Shown piece by piece: positions 12,001 to 27,000 of a stretch of 64,000 bases of DNA; position 1 is the first letter of the stretch; the number at the start of each line of letters is the position of its first letter. The notes below the pieces were generated by a model that worked only from the letters and a program-made list of their open reading frames with translations, ran no database searches and had not been told where the DNA came from. Source of the DNA: Camelus ferus (taxonomy: Eukaryota); NCBI RefSeq assembly GCF_009834535.1, contig NC_045697.1, positions 121,150,001 through 121,214,000 of the forward strand. Reading direction: 5' to 3'. The translations under genes and the position numbers were made by a program.

Positions 12001-15000
12001 GCCTTCCACGCAGCGGACACTTTTCACAGGTGTTCCCTGGCAGTGGGAAGTCCGCTAAATACCTTCCCTGTCCAGGGGGAGGCGCTACATGCTACCTTCT
12101 TTTCCAGCCCAACCCCCGCATTTACCCGGAAGCCCGCACAAGGAGACACTCGGGGAAGACACGCAGAGGGCTCCTAGGAGATCCCAGGCGCTGCAGACAG
12201 AGAACGGACCTCCCCACACTCAGATTTCCGGAACGAGGCCGAGTGGGTGGTTGAGGTTGTGGCCGCCCTCCACGCAGCTGCCTGGTGTCACTGCTGTTCC
12301 CTGACAGGGGGAATTCCGCTAATTACCTCCCCTGTCCCGGGGGATTAACTAGAATCTACCTGCATTTCCAGGCAACCCCCGCCATTCCCCGTCTCCCCGC
12401 AATAGGAGACACTAGGGGAAGGCACGTGGATGGCTACTAGGAGATCCCAACTCTAGAGACTGAAGACCAATCCTCCCGAAACTCAGAATCCCGGAACGTG
12501 GCCGAGTGGGTAGGGGAGGTTTGGGACCAACCCCCACGCAGCTGCCTGGTGTCACAGGTGTTCCCTGGAAGGGGGAAGTCCGCTAAATTCCTCCCCTGTC
12601 CAGTGGGAGGCACTACAAGCTACCTGCATTTCCAGCACATCCCCCGACTTTCCCCGGCTTCCCGCACGAGGATACACTCGGGGAAGACACGCGGAGGGCT
12701 CCTAGGAGATCCCAGGCGCTGCAGACCGAGTACGGAAATTCTCCACCCTCAGAATTCCGGAACACGGCCGAGTGGGTGGGGAATGTTTGGGGCCGCCCTC
12801 CACGCAGCTGCCTGCTGTCACAGGTGTTCCCAGGCAGGGGGAATTCAGCTAATTACCTCCCCTATCCAGGGGGAGGCACTACATGCTACCTGCTTTTCCA
12901 GCACAACCCCCGCATTTTCCCTGTAGCCTGCACTAGGAGACACTCGGGGAAGACACGCGGAGGGCTCCTAGGAGATCCCAGTTGCTGCAGACAGAGTACG
13001 GAACCTCCCCAAACTCAGAATTCCGCAACGCGGCCGAGTGGGTAGGGGAGGTTTGGGCCGCCCTCCACGCAGCTGCCTGGTGTCACAGGTGTTCCATGTC
13101 AGGGGGAATTTCACTTTTACCTCTCCTGTCCAGGGGGAGTCCCTAGATGCTACCTGCAATTCCAGCACAACACCAGGCTTTCCCTGCAGCCCGCACTAGG
13201 AGACACTTGGGGAAGACACGCGGAGGGCTCCTAGGTGATCCCAGTTGCTGCAGACAGAGTACGGATCCTCCACACACTAAGAATTCCGTAACGCGGCCGA
13301 GTGGGTGGGGGAGGATTTGGGCCGAACTCCACGAAGCTGCCTGGTGTCACAGGTGTTCCCTGGAAGGGTGTAGTCCGCTAAATACCTCTCCTGTCCAGAC
13401 GGAGGCGCTACATGCTACCTGCATTTCCAGTCCAACCCCCGCATTTACCCGGAAGCCCGCAGAAGGAGACACTCGGGGAAGACATGCAGAGGGCTCCTAG
13501 GTGATCCCAGGCGCTGTAGACAGAGTACGGACCTCCCCACACTCAGATTTCCGGAACGAGGCCGAGTGGTTGGTTGAGGTTTGGGGCCGACCTCCACGCA
13601 GCTGCCTGGTGTCACAGGTGTTCCCTGGCAGGGGGAATTACGCTAATTACCTGATCTGTCCAGGGAGAGGCACTACATGCTAGCTGCATTTCCAGCCCAA
13701 TCCCCGCCATTCCTCGTGTCCCAGCACTAGGATACACTCGGGGAATACACGCAGAGGGCTCCTAGAGATCCCAGGCGCTGCAGACAGAGTACGGAACTTC
13801 CCCACACTCAGAATTAAGGAACGCGGGCCGAGTGGGTGGGGTAGGTTTGGCATAACCCAACACGCAGCAGCCTGGTGTCACAGGTGTTCCCTGGAAGGGG
13901 GAAATTCGCTAATTACCTACCCTGTCCAGGGGTAGGCACTACAAGCTACCTGCATTTCCAGCCCAAACCCCGCCTTTCCCCGGGTTCCCGCACTAGGGGA
14001 GACTCGGGGAAGACATGCGGAGGGCTCCTGGGAGATCCCAGGCGCAGCAGACAGAGTACGGATCCTCCAAACACTCAGAATTAAAGAACAAGGCCAAGTG
14101 GGTGTCGGATTTTTGGGGCCGCCCTCCACGCAGCTGTCTCTTGTCACAGGTGTTCCCTGGCAGGGAGAAGTCCGCTAATTACATTCCCTGTCCAGGGGGA
14201 GGCACTACATGCTACCTACTATTCCAGCCCAACCCCCTCCTTTCTCCGGCTCCCCGCACTAGGATACCCTCGGGGAAGACACGCGGAGGGCTCCTAGGAG
14301 ATCCCAGGCACTGCAGACAGAGTATGGAACCTCCCAACACTCAGAATTCCAGAACAAGGCCGAGTGGGTGTAGGAGGCTTGGGTCCGCCATCCACGCAAC
14401 TTCTTTTCACAGGTGTTCCCTGGCAGGGTGAAGTCCGGTAAATACCTTCCCTGTCCAGGGGGAGGCACTAGATGCTACCTGCGTTTCCAGCAACACCCCG
14501 CATTTTCCCTGTAGCCCGCACTAGGAGACACTCAGGGAAGACACGCGGAGTGCTCCTAGCTGATCCCAGGCGCTGCAGACAGAGTATGGAACCTCCCCAC
14601 ACTCAGAATTCCGGATCGCAGCCGAGTGTTTGGGGGAGGTTTGGGGCCGACCTCCACGCAGCTGCCTGGTGTCAAAGGTGTTCCATGGCATGGGGATTTC
14701 CGCTTTTACCTCTACTGTCCAGGAGGTGTCCCTAGATGCTACCTGCAATTCCAGCACAACACCAGGCTTTCCCTGCAGCCCGCCCTAGGAGACACTCGGG
14801 GAATACAAGCGGAGGGCTCCTAGGTGATCCCAGGCGCTGCAAACAGAGTACGGATCCTCCACACACTCAGAAAACCTTAACGTGGCCGAGTGGGTGGGGC
14901 AATATTGGGGCTGCCTTCCACGAAGCTGCCTGGTGTCGCAGGTGTTCCCTGGCAGGGGAAGTCCTCTAATTACCTCTCCTGTCCAGGGGGAGTCACTAGA

Positions 15001-18000
15001 TGCTACCTGCATTTCCAGCCAAACCCCCGCCTTTCCCTGGCTGCCCGCAATAGGAGACACTTGGGGAAGACACGCGGAAGGCTCCTAGGTGATCAGAGGC
15101 GCTGCAGACAGAGTACAGAACCTCCCAACACTCAGAATTCCAGAACAAGGCCGAGTGGGTGTGGGAGGTTTGGGGCCGCCTTCCACGCAGCGGACTCTTT
15201 TCACAGGTGTTCCCTGGCAGGGGGAAGTCCGCTAAATACCTTCCCTGTCCAGGGGGAGGCGCTACATGCTACCTTCTTTTCCAGCCCAACCCCCGCATTT
15301 ACCCGGAAGCCCGCACAAGGAGACACTCGGGGAAGACACGCAGAGGGCTCCTAGGAGATCCCAGGCGCTGCAGACAGAGAACGGACCTCCCCACACTCAG
15401 ATTTCCGGAACGAGGCCGAGTGGGTGGTTGAGGTTGTGGCCGCCCTCCACGCAGCTGCCTGGTGTCACTGCTGTTCCCTGACAGGGGGAATTCCGCTAAT
15501 TACCTCCCCTGTCCCGGGGGATTAACTAGAATCTACCTGCATTTCCAGGCAACCCCCGCCATTCCCCGTCTCCCCGCAATAGGAGACACTAGGGGAAGGC
15601 ACGTGGATGGCTACTAGGAGATCCCAACTCTAGAGACTGAAGACCAATCCTCCCGAAACTCAGAATCCCGGAACGTGGCCGAGTGGGTAGGGGAGGTTTG
15701 GGACCAACCCCCACGCAGCTGCCTGGTGTCACAGGTGTTCCCTGGAAGGGGGAAGTCCGCTAAATTCCTCCCCTGTCCAGTGGGAGGCACTACAAGCTAC
15801 CTGCATTTCCAGCACATCCCCCGACTTTCCCCGGCTTCCCGCACGAGGATACACTCGGGGAAGACACGCGGAGGGCTCCTAGGAGATCCCAGGCGCTGCA
15901 GACCGAGTACGGAAATTCTCCACCCTCAGAATTCCGGAACGCGGCCGAGTGGGTGGGGAATGTTTGGGGCCGCCCTCCACGCACCTGCCTGCTGTCACAG
16001 GTGTTCCCAGGCAGGGGGAATTCAGCTAATTACCTCCCCTATCCAGGGGGAGGCACTACATGCTACCTGCTTTTCCAGCACAACCCCCGCATTTTCCCTG
16101 TAGCCTGCACTAGGAGACACTCGGGGAAGACACGCGGAGGGCTCCTAGGAGATCCCAGTTGCTGCAGACAGAGTACGGAACCTCCCCAAACTCAGAATTC
16201 CGCAACGCGGCCGAGTGGGTAGGGGAGGTTTGGGCCGCCCTCCACGCAGCTGCCTGGTGTCACAGGTGTTCCATGTCAGGGGGAATTTCACTTTTACCTC
16301 TCCTGTCCAGGGGGAGTCCCTAGATGCTACCTGCAATTCCAGCACAACACCAGGCTTTCCCTGCAGCCCGCACTAGGAGACACTTGGGGAAGACACGCGG
16401 AGGGCTCCTAGGTGATCCCAGTTGCTGCAGACAGAGTACGGATCCTCCACACACTAAGAATTCCGTAACGCGGCCGAGTGGGTGGGGGAGGATTTGGGCC
16501 GAACTCCACGAAGCTGCCTGGTGTCACAGGTGTTCCCTGGAAGGGTGTAGTCCGCTAAATACCTCTCCTGTCCAGACGGAGGCGCTACATGCTACCTGCA
16601 TTTCCAGTCCAACCCCCGCATTTACCCGGAAGCCCGCAGAAGGAGACACTCGGGGAAGACATGCAGAGGGCTCCTAGGTGATCCCAGGCACTGTAGACAG
16701 AGTACGGACCTCCCCACACTCAGATTTCCGGAACGAGGCCGAGTGGTTGGTTGAGGTTTGGGGCCGACCTCCACGCAGCTGCCTGGTGTCACAGGTGTTA
16801 GCTGGCAGGGGGAATTACGCTAATTACCTGATCTGTCCAGGGAGAGGCACTATATGCTAGCTGCATTTCCAGCCCAATCCCCGCCATTCCTCGGGTCCCA
16901 GCACTAGGATACACTCGGGGAATACACGCGGAGGGCTCCTAGAGATCCCAGGCGCTGCAGACAGAGTACGGAACTTCCCCACACTCAGAATTAAGGAACG
17001 CGGCCGAGTGGGTGGGGTAGGTTTGGCATAACCCAACACGCAGCAGCCTGGTGTCACAGGTGTTCCCTGGAAGGGGGAAATTCGCTAATTACCTACCCTG
17101 TCCAGGGGTAGGCACTACAAGCTACCTGCATTTCCAGCCCAAACCCCGCCTTTCCCCGGGTTCCCGCACTAGGGGAGACTCGGGGAAGACATGCGGAGGG
17201 CTCCTAGGAGATCCCAGGCACTGCAGAAAGAGTATGGAACCTCCCCACTCTCAGAATTCCAGAACAAGGCCGAGTGGGTGTAGGAGGCTTGGGTCCGCCA
17301 TCCACGCAACTTCTTCTTTTCACAGGTGTTCCCTGGCAAGGTGAATTCCGGTAAATACCTTCCCTGTCCAGGGGGAGGCACTAGATGCTACCTGTTTTTC
17401 CAGCCTAACTCCCGAATTTCCCCGGCACACCGCACTAGGATACACTCGTGGAAGACACGCGGATTTTTACTAGGAGATCCCAGGCGCTGTAGACAGAGGA
17501 CGTTACCTCCCACACATAAAATTCTGGAACGTGGCCGAGTGGGTGGGGGAGGTTTGGGACCGCCATCCGCGCAGCTGCCTGGTTTCACATGTGTTCCCTT
17601 GCAGGGGAAATCCGCTAATAACCTCCCCTGTCCAGGGAGAGGCACAACATGCTACCTTCTTTTCCAGGCCAACCCCCGAATTTCCCCGGCACCCCGCACT
17701 TGGAGACACTCGGGGAAGACACGCGGAGGGCTCCTAGGTGATCCCAGGCGCTGCAGACAGAGGACGGAACCTCGCCAACCTCAGAATTCCGGAACGCGGC
17801 CGAGTGGGTGGGGGAGATTTGGGGCCGCCCTCCTCGCAGCTGCCTCTTGTCACAGGTGTTCCCTGGCAGGGTGAAGTCCGGTAATTACCTTCCCTGTCCA
17901 GGGGGAGGCACTAGATGCTGCCTGCAATTCCAGCACAACACCAGGCTTTCCCTGCAGCCCGCCCTAGGAGACAATCGGGGAATACAAGCAGAGTGTTCCT

Positions 18001-21000
18001 AGGTGATCCCAGGCGCTGCAGATAGAAGACCGAACTTCCCCCAACTCAGAATTCCGGAACGAGGCCGAGTGGGTGGGGGAGATTTGGGGCCGCCCTCCAC
18101 GCAGTTGCCTGGTGTCACAGGTTTTCCCTGGCAGGGGGAATTCCGCTAATCACCTCTCCTGTCCAGGGGGAGTCACTCGATGCTACCTGCATTTCCAGAC
18201 CATCCCCTGCATTTCCCTGGCTGCTCGCACTAGGAGACAATTGGGGAAGACACGCGGAGGGCTCCTAGGAGATCCCAGGCGCTGCAGACAGAGTATGGAA
18301 CCTCCCAACACTCAGAATTCCAGAACAAGGCCGAGTGGGTGTAGGAGGTTTGGGTCCGCCATCCACGCAACTTCTTCTTTTCACAGGTGTTCCCTGGCAG
18401 GGTGAAGTCCGGTAAATACCTTCCCTGTCCAGGGGGAGGCACTAGATGCTACCTGCTTTTCCAGCAACACCCCGCATTTTCCCTGTAGCCCGCACTAGGA
18501 GACACTCAGGGAAGACACGCGGAGTGCTCCTAGGTGATCCCAGGCGCTGCAGACAGAGTATGGAACCTCCCCACACTCAGAATTCCGGATCGCGGCCGAG
18601 TGTTTGGGGGAGGTTTGGGGCCGACCTCCACGCAGCTGCCTGGTGTCAAAGGTGTTCCATGGCATGGGGATTTCCGCTTTTACCTCTACTGTCCAGGAGG
18701 TGTCCCTAGATGCTACCTGCAATTCCAGCACAACACCAGGCTTTCCCTGCAGCCCGCCCTAGGAGACACTCGGGGAATACAAGCGGAGGGCTCCTAGGTG
18801 ATCCCAGGCGCTGCAAACAGAGTACGGATCCTCCACACACTCAGAATACCTTAACGCGGCCGAGTGGGTGGGGGAATATTGGGGCTGCCTTCCACGAAGC
18901 TGCCTGGTGTCGCAGGTGTTCCCTGGCAGGGGAAGTCCTCTAATTACCTCTCCTGTCCAGGGGGAGTCACTAGATGCTACCTGCATTTCCAGCCAAACCC
19001 CCGCCTTTCCCTGGCTGCCCGCAATAGGAGACACTTGGGGAAGACACGCGGAAGGCTCCTAGGTGATCAGAGGCGCTGCAGACAGAGTACGGAACCTCCC
19101 AACACTCAGAATTCCAGAACAAGGCCGAGTGGGTGTGGGAGGTTTGGGGCCGCCTTCCACGCAGCGGACACTTTTCACAGGTGTTCCCTGGCAGTGGGAA
19201 GTCCGCTAAATACCTTCCCTGTCCAGGGGGAGGCGCTACATGCTACCTTCTTTTCCAGCCCAACCCCCGCATTTACCCGGAAGCCCGCACAAGGAGACAC
19301 TCGGGGAAGACACGCAGAGGGCTCCTAGGAGATCCCAGGCGCTGCAGACAGAGAACGGACCTCCCCACACTCAGATTTCCGGAACGAGGCCGAGTGGGTG
19401 GTTGAGGTTGTGGCCGCCCTCCACGCAGCTGCCTGGTGTCACTGCTGTTCCCTGACAGGGGGAATTCCGCTAATTACCTCCCCTGTCCCGGGGGATTAAC
19501 TAGAATCTACCTGCATTTCCAGGCAACCCCCGCCATTCCCCGTCTCCCCGCAATAGGAGACACTAGGGGAAGGCACGTGGATGGCTACTAGGAGATCCCA
19601 ACTCTAGAGACTGAAGACCAATCCTCCCGAAACTCAGAATCCCGGAACGTGGCCGAGTGGGTAGGGGAGGTTTGGGACCAACCCCCACGCAGCTGCCTGG
19701 TGTCACAGGTGTTCCCTGGAAGGGGGAAGTCCGCTAAATTCCTCCCCTGTCCAGTGGGAGGCACTACAAGCTACCTGCATTTCCAGCACATCCCCCGACT
19801 TTCCCCGGCTTCCCGCACGAGGATACACTCGGGGAAGACACGCGGAGGGCTCCTAGGAGATCCCAGGCGCTGCAGACCGAGTACGGAAATTCTCCACCCT
19901 CAGAATTCCGGAACACGGCCGAGTGGGTGGGGAATGTTTGGGGCCGCCCTCCACGCAGCTGCCTGCTGTCACAGGTGTTCCCAGGCAGGGGGAATTCAGC
20001 TAATTACCTCCCCTATCCAGGGGGAGGCACTACATGCTACCTGCTTTTCCAGCACAACCCCCGCATTTTCCCTGTAGCCTGCACTAGGAGACACTCGGGG
20101 AAGACACGCGGAGGGCTCCTAGGAGATCCCAGTTGCTGCAGACAGAGTACGGAACCTCCCCAAACTCAGAATTCCGCAACGCGGCCGAGTGGGTAGGGGA
20201 GGTTTGGGCCGCCCTCCACGCAGCTGCCTGGTGTCACAGGTGTTCCATGTCAGGGGGAATTTCACTTTTACCTCTCCTGTCCAGGGGGAGTCCCTAGATG
20301 CTACCTGCAATTCCAGCACAACACCAGGCTTTCCCTGCAGCCCGCACTAGGAGACACTTGGGGAAGACACGCGGAGGGCTCCTAGGTGATCCCAGTTGCT
20401 GCAGACAGAGTACGGATCCTCCACACACTAAGAATTCCGTAACGCGGCCGAGTGGGTGGGGGAGGATTTGGGCCGAACTCCACGAAGCTGCCTGGTGTCA
20501 CAGGTGTTCCCTGGAAGGGTGTAGTCCGCTAAATACCTCTCCTGTCCAGACGGAGGCGCTACATGCTACCTGCATTTCCAGTCCAACCCCCGCATTTACC
20601 CGGAAGCCCGCAGAAGGAGACACTCGGGGAAGACATGCAGAGGGCTCCTAGGTGATCCCAGGCGCTGTAGACAGAGTACGGACCTCCCCACACTCAGATT
20701 TCCGGAACGAGGCCGAGTGGTTGGTTGAGGTTTGGGGCCGACCTCCACGCAGCTGCCTGGTGTCACAGGTGTTCCCTGGCAGGGGGAATTACGCTAATTA
20801 CCTGATCTGTCCAGGGAGAGGCACTACATGCTAGCTGCATTTCCAGCCCAATCCCCGCCATTCCTCGTGTCCCAGCACTAGGATACACTCGGGGAATACA
20901 CGCAGAGGGCTCCTAGAGATCCCAGGCGCTGCAGACAGAGTACGGAACTTCCCCACACTCAGAATTAAGGAACGCGGCCGAGTGGGTGGGGTAGGTTTGG

Positions 21001-24000
21001 CATAACCCAACACGCAGCAGCCTGGTGTCACAGGTGTTCCCTGGAAGGGGGAAATTCGCTAATTACCTACCCTGTCCAGGGGTAGGCACTACAAGCTACC
21101 TGCATTTCCAGCCCAAACCCCGCCTTTCCCCGGGTTCCCGCACTAGGGGAGACTCGGGGAAGACATGCGGAGGGCTCCTGGGAGATCCCAGGCGCAGCAG
21201 ACAGAGTACGGATCCTCCAAACACTCAGAATTAAAGAACAAGGCCAAGTGGGTGTCGGATTTTTGGGGCCGCCCTCCACGCAGCTGTCTCTTGTCACAGG
21301 TGTTCCCTGGCAGGGAGAAGTCCGCTAATTACATTCCCTGTCCAGGGGGAGGCACTACATGCTACCTACTATTCCAGCCCAACCCCCTCCTTTCTCCGGC
21401 TCCCCGCACTAGGATACCCTCGGGGAAGACACGCGGAGGGCTCCTAGGAGATCCCAGGCACTGCAGACAGAGTATGGAACCTCCCAACACTCAGAATTCC
21501 AGAACAAGGCCGAGTGGGTGTAGGAGGCTTGGGTCCGCCATCCACGCAATTTCTTCTTTTCACAGGTGTTCCCTGGCAAGGTGAATTCCGGTAAATACCT
21601 TCCCTGTCCAGGGGGAGGCACTAGATGCTACCTGTTTTTCCAGCCTAACTCCCGAATTTCCCCGGCACACCGCACTAGGATACACTCGTGGAAGACACGC
21701 GGATATTTACTAGGAGATCCCAGGCGCTGTAAACAGAGGACGTTACCTCCCACACATAAAATTCTGGAACGTGGCCGAGTGGGTGGGGGAGGTTTGGGAC
21801 CGACCTCCACGCAGCTGCCTGGTGTCAGAAGTGTTCCATGGCATGGGGATTTCCGCTTTTACCTCTACTGTCCAGGAGGTGTCCCTAGATGCTACCTGCA
21901 ATTCCAGCACAACACCAGGCTTTCCCTGCAGCCCGCCCTAGGAGACACTCGGGGAATACAAGCGGAGGGCTCCTAGGTGATCCCAGGCGCTGCAAACAGA
22001 GTACGGATCCTCCACACACTCAGAATACCTTAACGCGGCCGAGTGGGTGGGGGAATATTGGGGCTACCTTCCACGAAGCTGCCTGGTGTCGCAGGTGTTC
22101 CCTGGCAGGGGAAGTCCTCTAATTACCTCTCCTGTCCAGGGGGAGTCACTAGATGCTACCTGCATTTCCAGCCAAACCCCTGCCTTTCCCTGCCTGCCCG
22201 CAATAGGAGACACTTGGGGAAGACACGCGGAAGGCTCCTAGGTGATCAGAGGCGCTGCAGACAGAGTACGGAACCTCCCAACACTCAGAATTCCAGAACA
22301 AGGCCGAGTGGGTGTGGGAGGTTTGGGGCCGCCTTCCACGCAGCGGACTCTTTTCATAGGTGTTCCCTGGCAGGGGGAAGTCCGCTAAATACCTTCCCTG
22401 TCCAGGGGGAGGCGCTACATGCTACCTTCTTTTCCAGCCCAACCCCCGCATTTACCCGGAAGCCCGCACAAGGAGACACTCGGGGAAGACACGCAGAGGG
22501 CTCCTAGGAGATCCCAGGCGCTGCAGACAGAGAACGGACCTCCCCACACTCAGATTTCCGGAACGAGGCCGAGTGGGTGGTTGAGGTTGTGGCCGCCCTC
22601 CACGCAGCTGCCTGGTGTCACTGCTGTTCCCTGACAGGGGGAATTCCGCTAATTACCTCCCCTGTCCCGGGGGATTAACTAGAATCTACCTGCATTTCCA
22701 GGCAACCCCCGCCATTCCCCGTCTCCCCGCAATAGGAGACACTAGGGGAAGGCACGTGGATGGCTACTAGGAGATCCCAACTCTAGAGACTGAAGACCAA
22801 TCCTCCCGAAACTCAGAATCCCGGAACGTGGCCGAGTGGGTAGGGGAGGTTTGGGACCAACCCCCACGCAGCTGCCTGGTGTCACAGGTGTTCCCTGGAA
22901 GGGGGAAGTCCGCTAAATTCCTCCCCTGTCCAGTGGGAGGCACTACAAGCTACCTGCATTTCCAGCACATCCCCCGACTTTCCCCGGCTTCCCGCACGAG
23001 GATACACTCGGGGAAGACACGCGGAGGGCTCCTAGGAGATCCCAGGCGCTGCAGACCGAGTACGGAAATTCTCCACCCTCAGAATTCCGGAACGCGGCCG
23101 AGTGGGTGGGGAATGTTTGGGGCCGCCCTCCACGCACCTGCCTGCTGTCACAGGTGTTCCCAGGCAGGGGGAATTCAGCTAATTACCTCCCCTATCCAGG
23201 GGGAGGCACTACATGCTACCTGCTTTTCCAGCACAACCCCCGCATTTTCCCTGTAGCCTGCACTAGGAGACACTCGGGGAAGACACGCGGAGGGCTCCTA
23301 GGAGATCCCAGTTGCTGCAGACAGAGTACGGAACCTCCCCAAACTCAGAATTCCGCAACGCGGCCGAGTGGGTAGGGGAGGTTTGGGCCGCCCTCCACGC
23401 AGCTGCCTGGTGTCACAGGTGTTCCATGTCAGGGGGAATTTCACTTTTACCTCTCCTGTCCAGGGGGAGTCCCTAGATGCTACCTGCAATTCCAGCACAA
23501 CACCAGGCTTTCCCTGCAGCCCGCACTAGGAGACACTTGGGGAAGACACGCGGAGGGCTCCTAGGTGATCCCAGTTGCTGCAGACAGAGTACGGATCCTC
23601 CACACACTAAGAATTCCTTAACGCGGCCGAGTGGGTGGGGGAGGATTTGGGCCGAACTCCACGAAGCTGCCTGGTGTCACAGGTGTTCCCTGGAAGGGTG
23701 TAGTCCGCTAAATACCTCTCCTGTCCAGACGGAGGCGCTACATGCTACCTGCATTTCCAGTCCAACCCCCGCATTTACCCGGAAGCCCGCAGAAGGAGAC
23801 ACTCGGGGAAGACATGCAGAGGGCTCCTAGGTGATCCCAGGCACTGTAGACAGAGTACGGACCTCCCCACACTCAGATTTCCGGAACGAGGCCGAGTGGT
23901 TGGTTGAGGTTTGGGGCCGACCTCCACGCAGCTGCCTGGTGTCACAGGTGTTCCCTGGCAGGGGGAATTACGCTAATTACCTGATCTGTCCAGGGAGAGG

Positions 24001-27000
24001 CACTACATGCTAGCTGCATTTCCAGCCCAATCCCCGCCATTCCTCGGGTCCCAGCACTAGGATACACTCGGGGAATACACGCGGAGGGCTCCTAGAGATC
24101 CCAGGCGCTGCAGACAGAGTACGGAACTTCCCCACACTCAGAATTAAGGAACGCGGCCGAGTGGGTGTGGTAGGTTTGGCATAACCCAACACGCAGCAGC
24201 CTGGTGTCACAGGTGTTCCCTGGAAGGGGGAAATTCGCTAATTACCTACCCTGTCCAGGGGTAGGCACTGCAAGCTACCTGCATTTCCAGCCCAAACCCC
24301 GCCTTTCCCCGGGTTCCCGCACTAAGGGAGACTCGGGGAAGACATGCGGAGGGCTCCTGGGAGATCCCAGGCGCAGCAGACAGAGTACGGATCCTCCACA
24401 CACTCAGAATTAAAGAACAAGGCCAAGTGGGTGTCGGATTTTTGGGGCCGCCCTCCACGCAGCTGTCTCTTGTCACAGGTGTTCCCTGGCAGGGAGAAGT
24501 CCGCTAATTACATTCCCTGTCCAGGGGGAGGCACTACATGCTACCTACTATTCCAGCCCAACCCCCTCCTTTCTCCGGCTCCCCGCACTAGGATACCCTC
24601 GGGGAAGACACGCGGAGGGCTCCTAGGAGATCCCAGGCACTGCAGACAGAGTATGGAACCTCCCCACTCTCAGAATTCCAGAACAAGGCCGAGTGGGTGT
24701 AGGAGGCTTGGGTCCGCCATCCACGCAACTTCTTCTTTTCACAGGTGTTCCCTGGCAAGGTGAATTCCGGTAAATACCTTCCCTGTCCAGGGGGAGGCAC
24801 TAGATGCTACCTGTTTTTCCAGCCTAACTCCCGAATTTCCCCGGCACACCGCACTAGGATACACTCGTGGAAGACACGCGGATTTTTACTAGGAGATCCC
24901 AGGCGCTGTAGACAGAGGACGTTACCTCCCACACATAGAATTCCGGAACGTGGCCGAGTGGGTGGGGGAGGTTTGGGACCGCCATCCGCGCAGCTGCCTG
25001 ATTTCACATGTGTTCCCTTGCAGGGGAAATCCGCTAATAACCTCCCCTGTCCAGGGAGAGGCACAACATGCTACCTTCTTTTCCAGGCCAACCCCCGAAT
25101 TTCCCCGGCACCCCGCACTTGGAGACACTCGGGGAAGACACGCGGAGGGCTCCTAGGAGATCCCAGGCGCTGCAGAGAGAGTACGGACCTCCCCAAAATC
25201 AGATTTCCGGAACGCAGCCGAGAGGGTGGGGGAGATTTGGGGCCGACCTCCACGCAGCTGCCTGGTGTCACATGTGTTCCCTGGCATGGGGAATTCTGCT
25301 AATTACCTCCCCTGTCCAGGGGGAGTCACTCGATGCTACCTGCATTTCCAGACCATCCCCTGCATTTCCCTGGCTGCTCGCACTAAGAGACAATTGGGGA
25401 AGACACGCGGAGGGCTCCTAGGAAATCCCAGGCGCTGCAGACAGAGTATGGAACCTCCCAACACTCAGAATTCCAGAACAAGGCCGAGTGGGTGTAGGAG
25501 GTTTGGGTCCGCCATCCACGCAACTTCTTCTTTTCACAGGTGTTCCCTGGCAGGGTGAAGTCCGGTAAATAACTTCCCTGTCCAGGGGGAGGCACTAGAT
25601 GCTACCTGCTTTTCCAGCAACACCCCGCATTTTCCCTGTAGCCCGCACTAGGAGACACTCAGGGAAGACACGCGGAGTGCTCCTAGGTGATCCCAGGCGC
25701 TGCAGACAGAGTATGGAACCTCCCCACACTCAGAATTCCGGATCGCGGCCGAGTGTTTGGGGGAGGTTTGGGGCCGACCTCCACGCAGCTGCCTGGTGTC
25801 AAAGGTGTTCCATGGCATGGGGATTTCCGCTTTTACCTCTACTGTCCAGGAGGTGTCCCTAGATGATACCTGCAATTCCAGCACAACATCAGGCTTTCCC
25901 TGCAGCCCGCCCTAGGAGACACTCGGGGAATACAAGCGGAGGGCTCCTAGGTGATCCCAGGCGCTGCAAACAGAGTACGGATCCTCCACACACTCAGAAT
26001 ACCTTAACGCGGCCGAGTGGGTGGGGGAATATTGGGGCTGCCTTCCACGAAGCTGCCTGGTGTCGCAGGTGTTCCCTGGCAGGGGAAGTCCTCTAATTAC
26101 CTCTCCTGTCCAGGGGGAGTCACTAGATGCTACCTGCATTTCCAGCCAAACCCCCGCCTTTCCCTGGCTGCCCGCAATAGGAGACACTTGGGGAAGACAC
26201 GCGGAAGGCTCCTAGGTGATCAGAGGCGCTGCAGACAGAGTACGGAACCTCCCAACACTCAGAATTCCAGAACAAGGCCGAGTGGGTGTGGGAGGTTTGG
26301 GGCCGCCTTCCACGCAGCGGACTCTTTTCACAGGTGTTCCCTGGCAGGGGGAAGTCCGCTAAATACCTTCCCTGTCCAGGGGGAGGCGCCTCATGCTACC
26401 TTCTTTTCCAGCCCAACCCCCGCATTTACCCGGAAGCCCGCACAAGGAGACACTCGGGGAAGACACGCAGAGGGCTCCTAGGAGATCCCAGGCGCTGCAG
26501 ACAGAGAACGGACCTCCCCACACTCAGATTTCCGGAACGAGGCCGAGTGGGTGGTTGAGGTTGTGGCCGCCCTCCACGCAGCTGCCTGGTGTCACTGCTG
26601 TTCCCTGACAGGGGGAATTCCGCTAATTACCTCCCCTGTCCCGGGGGATTAACTAGAATCTACCTGCATTTCCAGGCAACCCCCGCCATTCCCCGTCTCC
26701 CCGCAATAGGAGACACTAGGGGAAGGCACGTGGATGGCTACTAGGAGATCCCAACTCTAGAGACTGAAGACCAATCCTCCCGAAACTCAGAATCCCGGAA
26801 CGTGGCCGAGTGGGTAGGGGAGGTTTGGGACCAACCCCCACGCAGCTGCCTGGTGTCACAGGTGTTCCCTGGAAGGGGGAAGTCCGCTAAATTCCTCCCC
26901 TGTCCAGTGGGAGGCACTACAAGCTACCTGCATTTCCAGCACATCCCCCGACTTTCCCCGGCTTCCCGCACGAGGATACACTCGGGGAAGACACGCGGAG

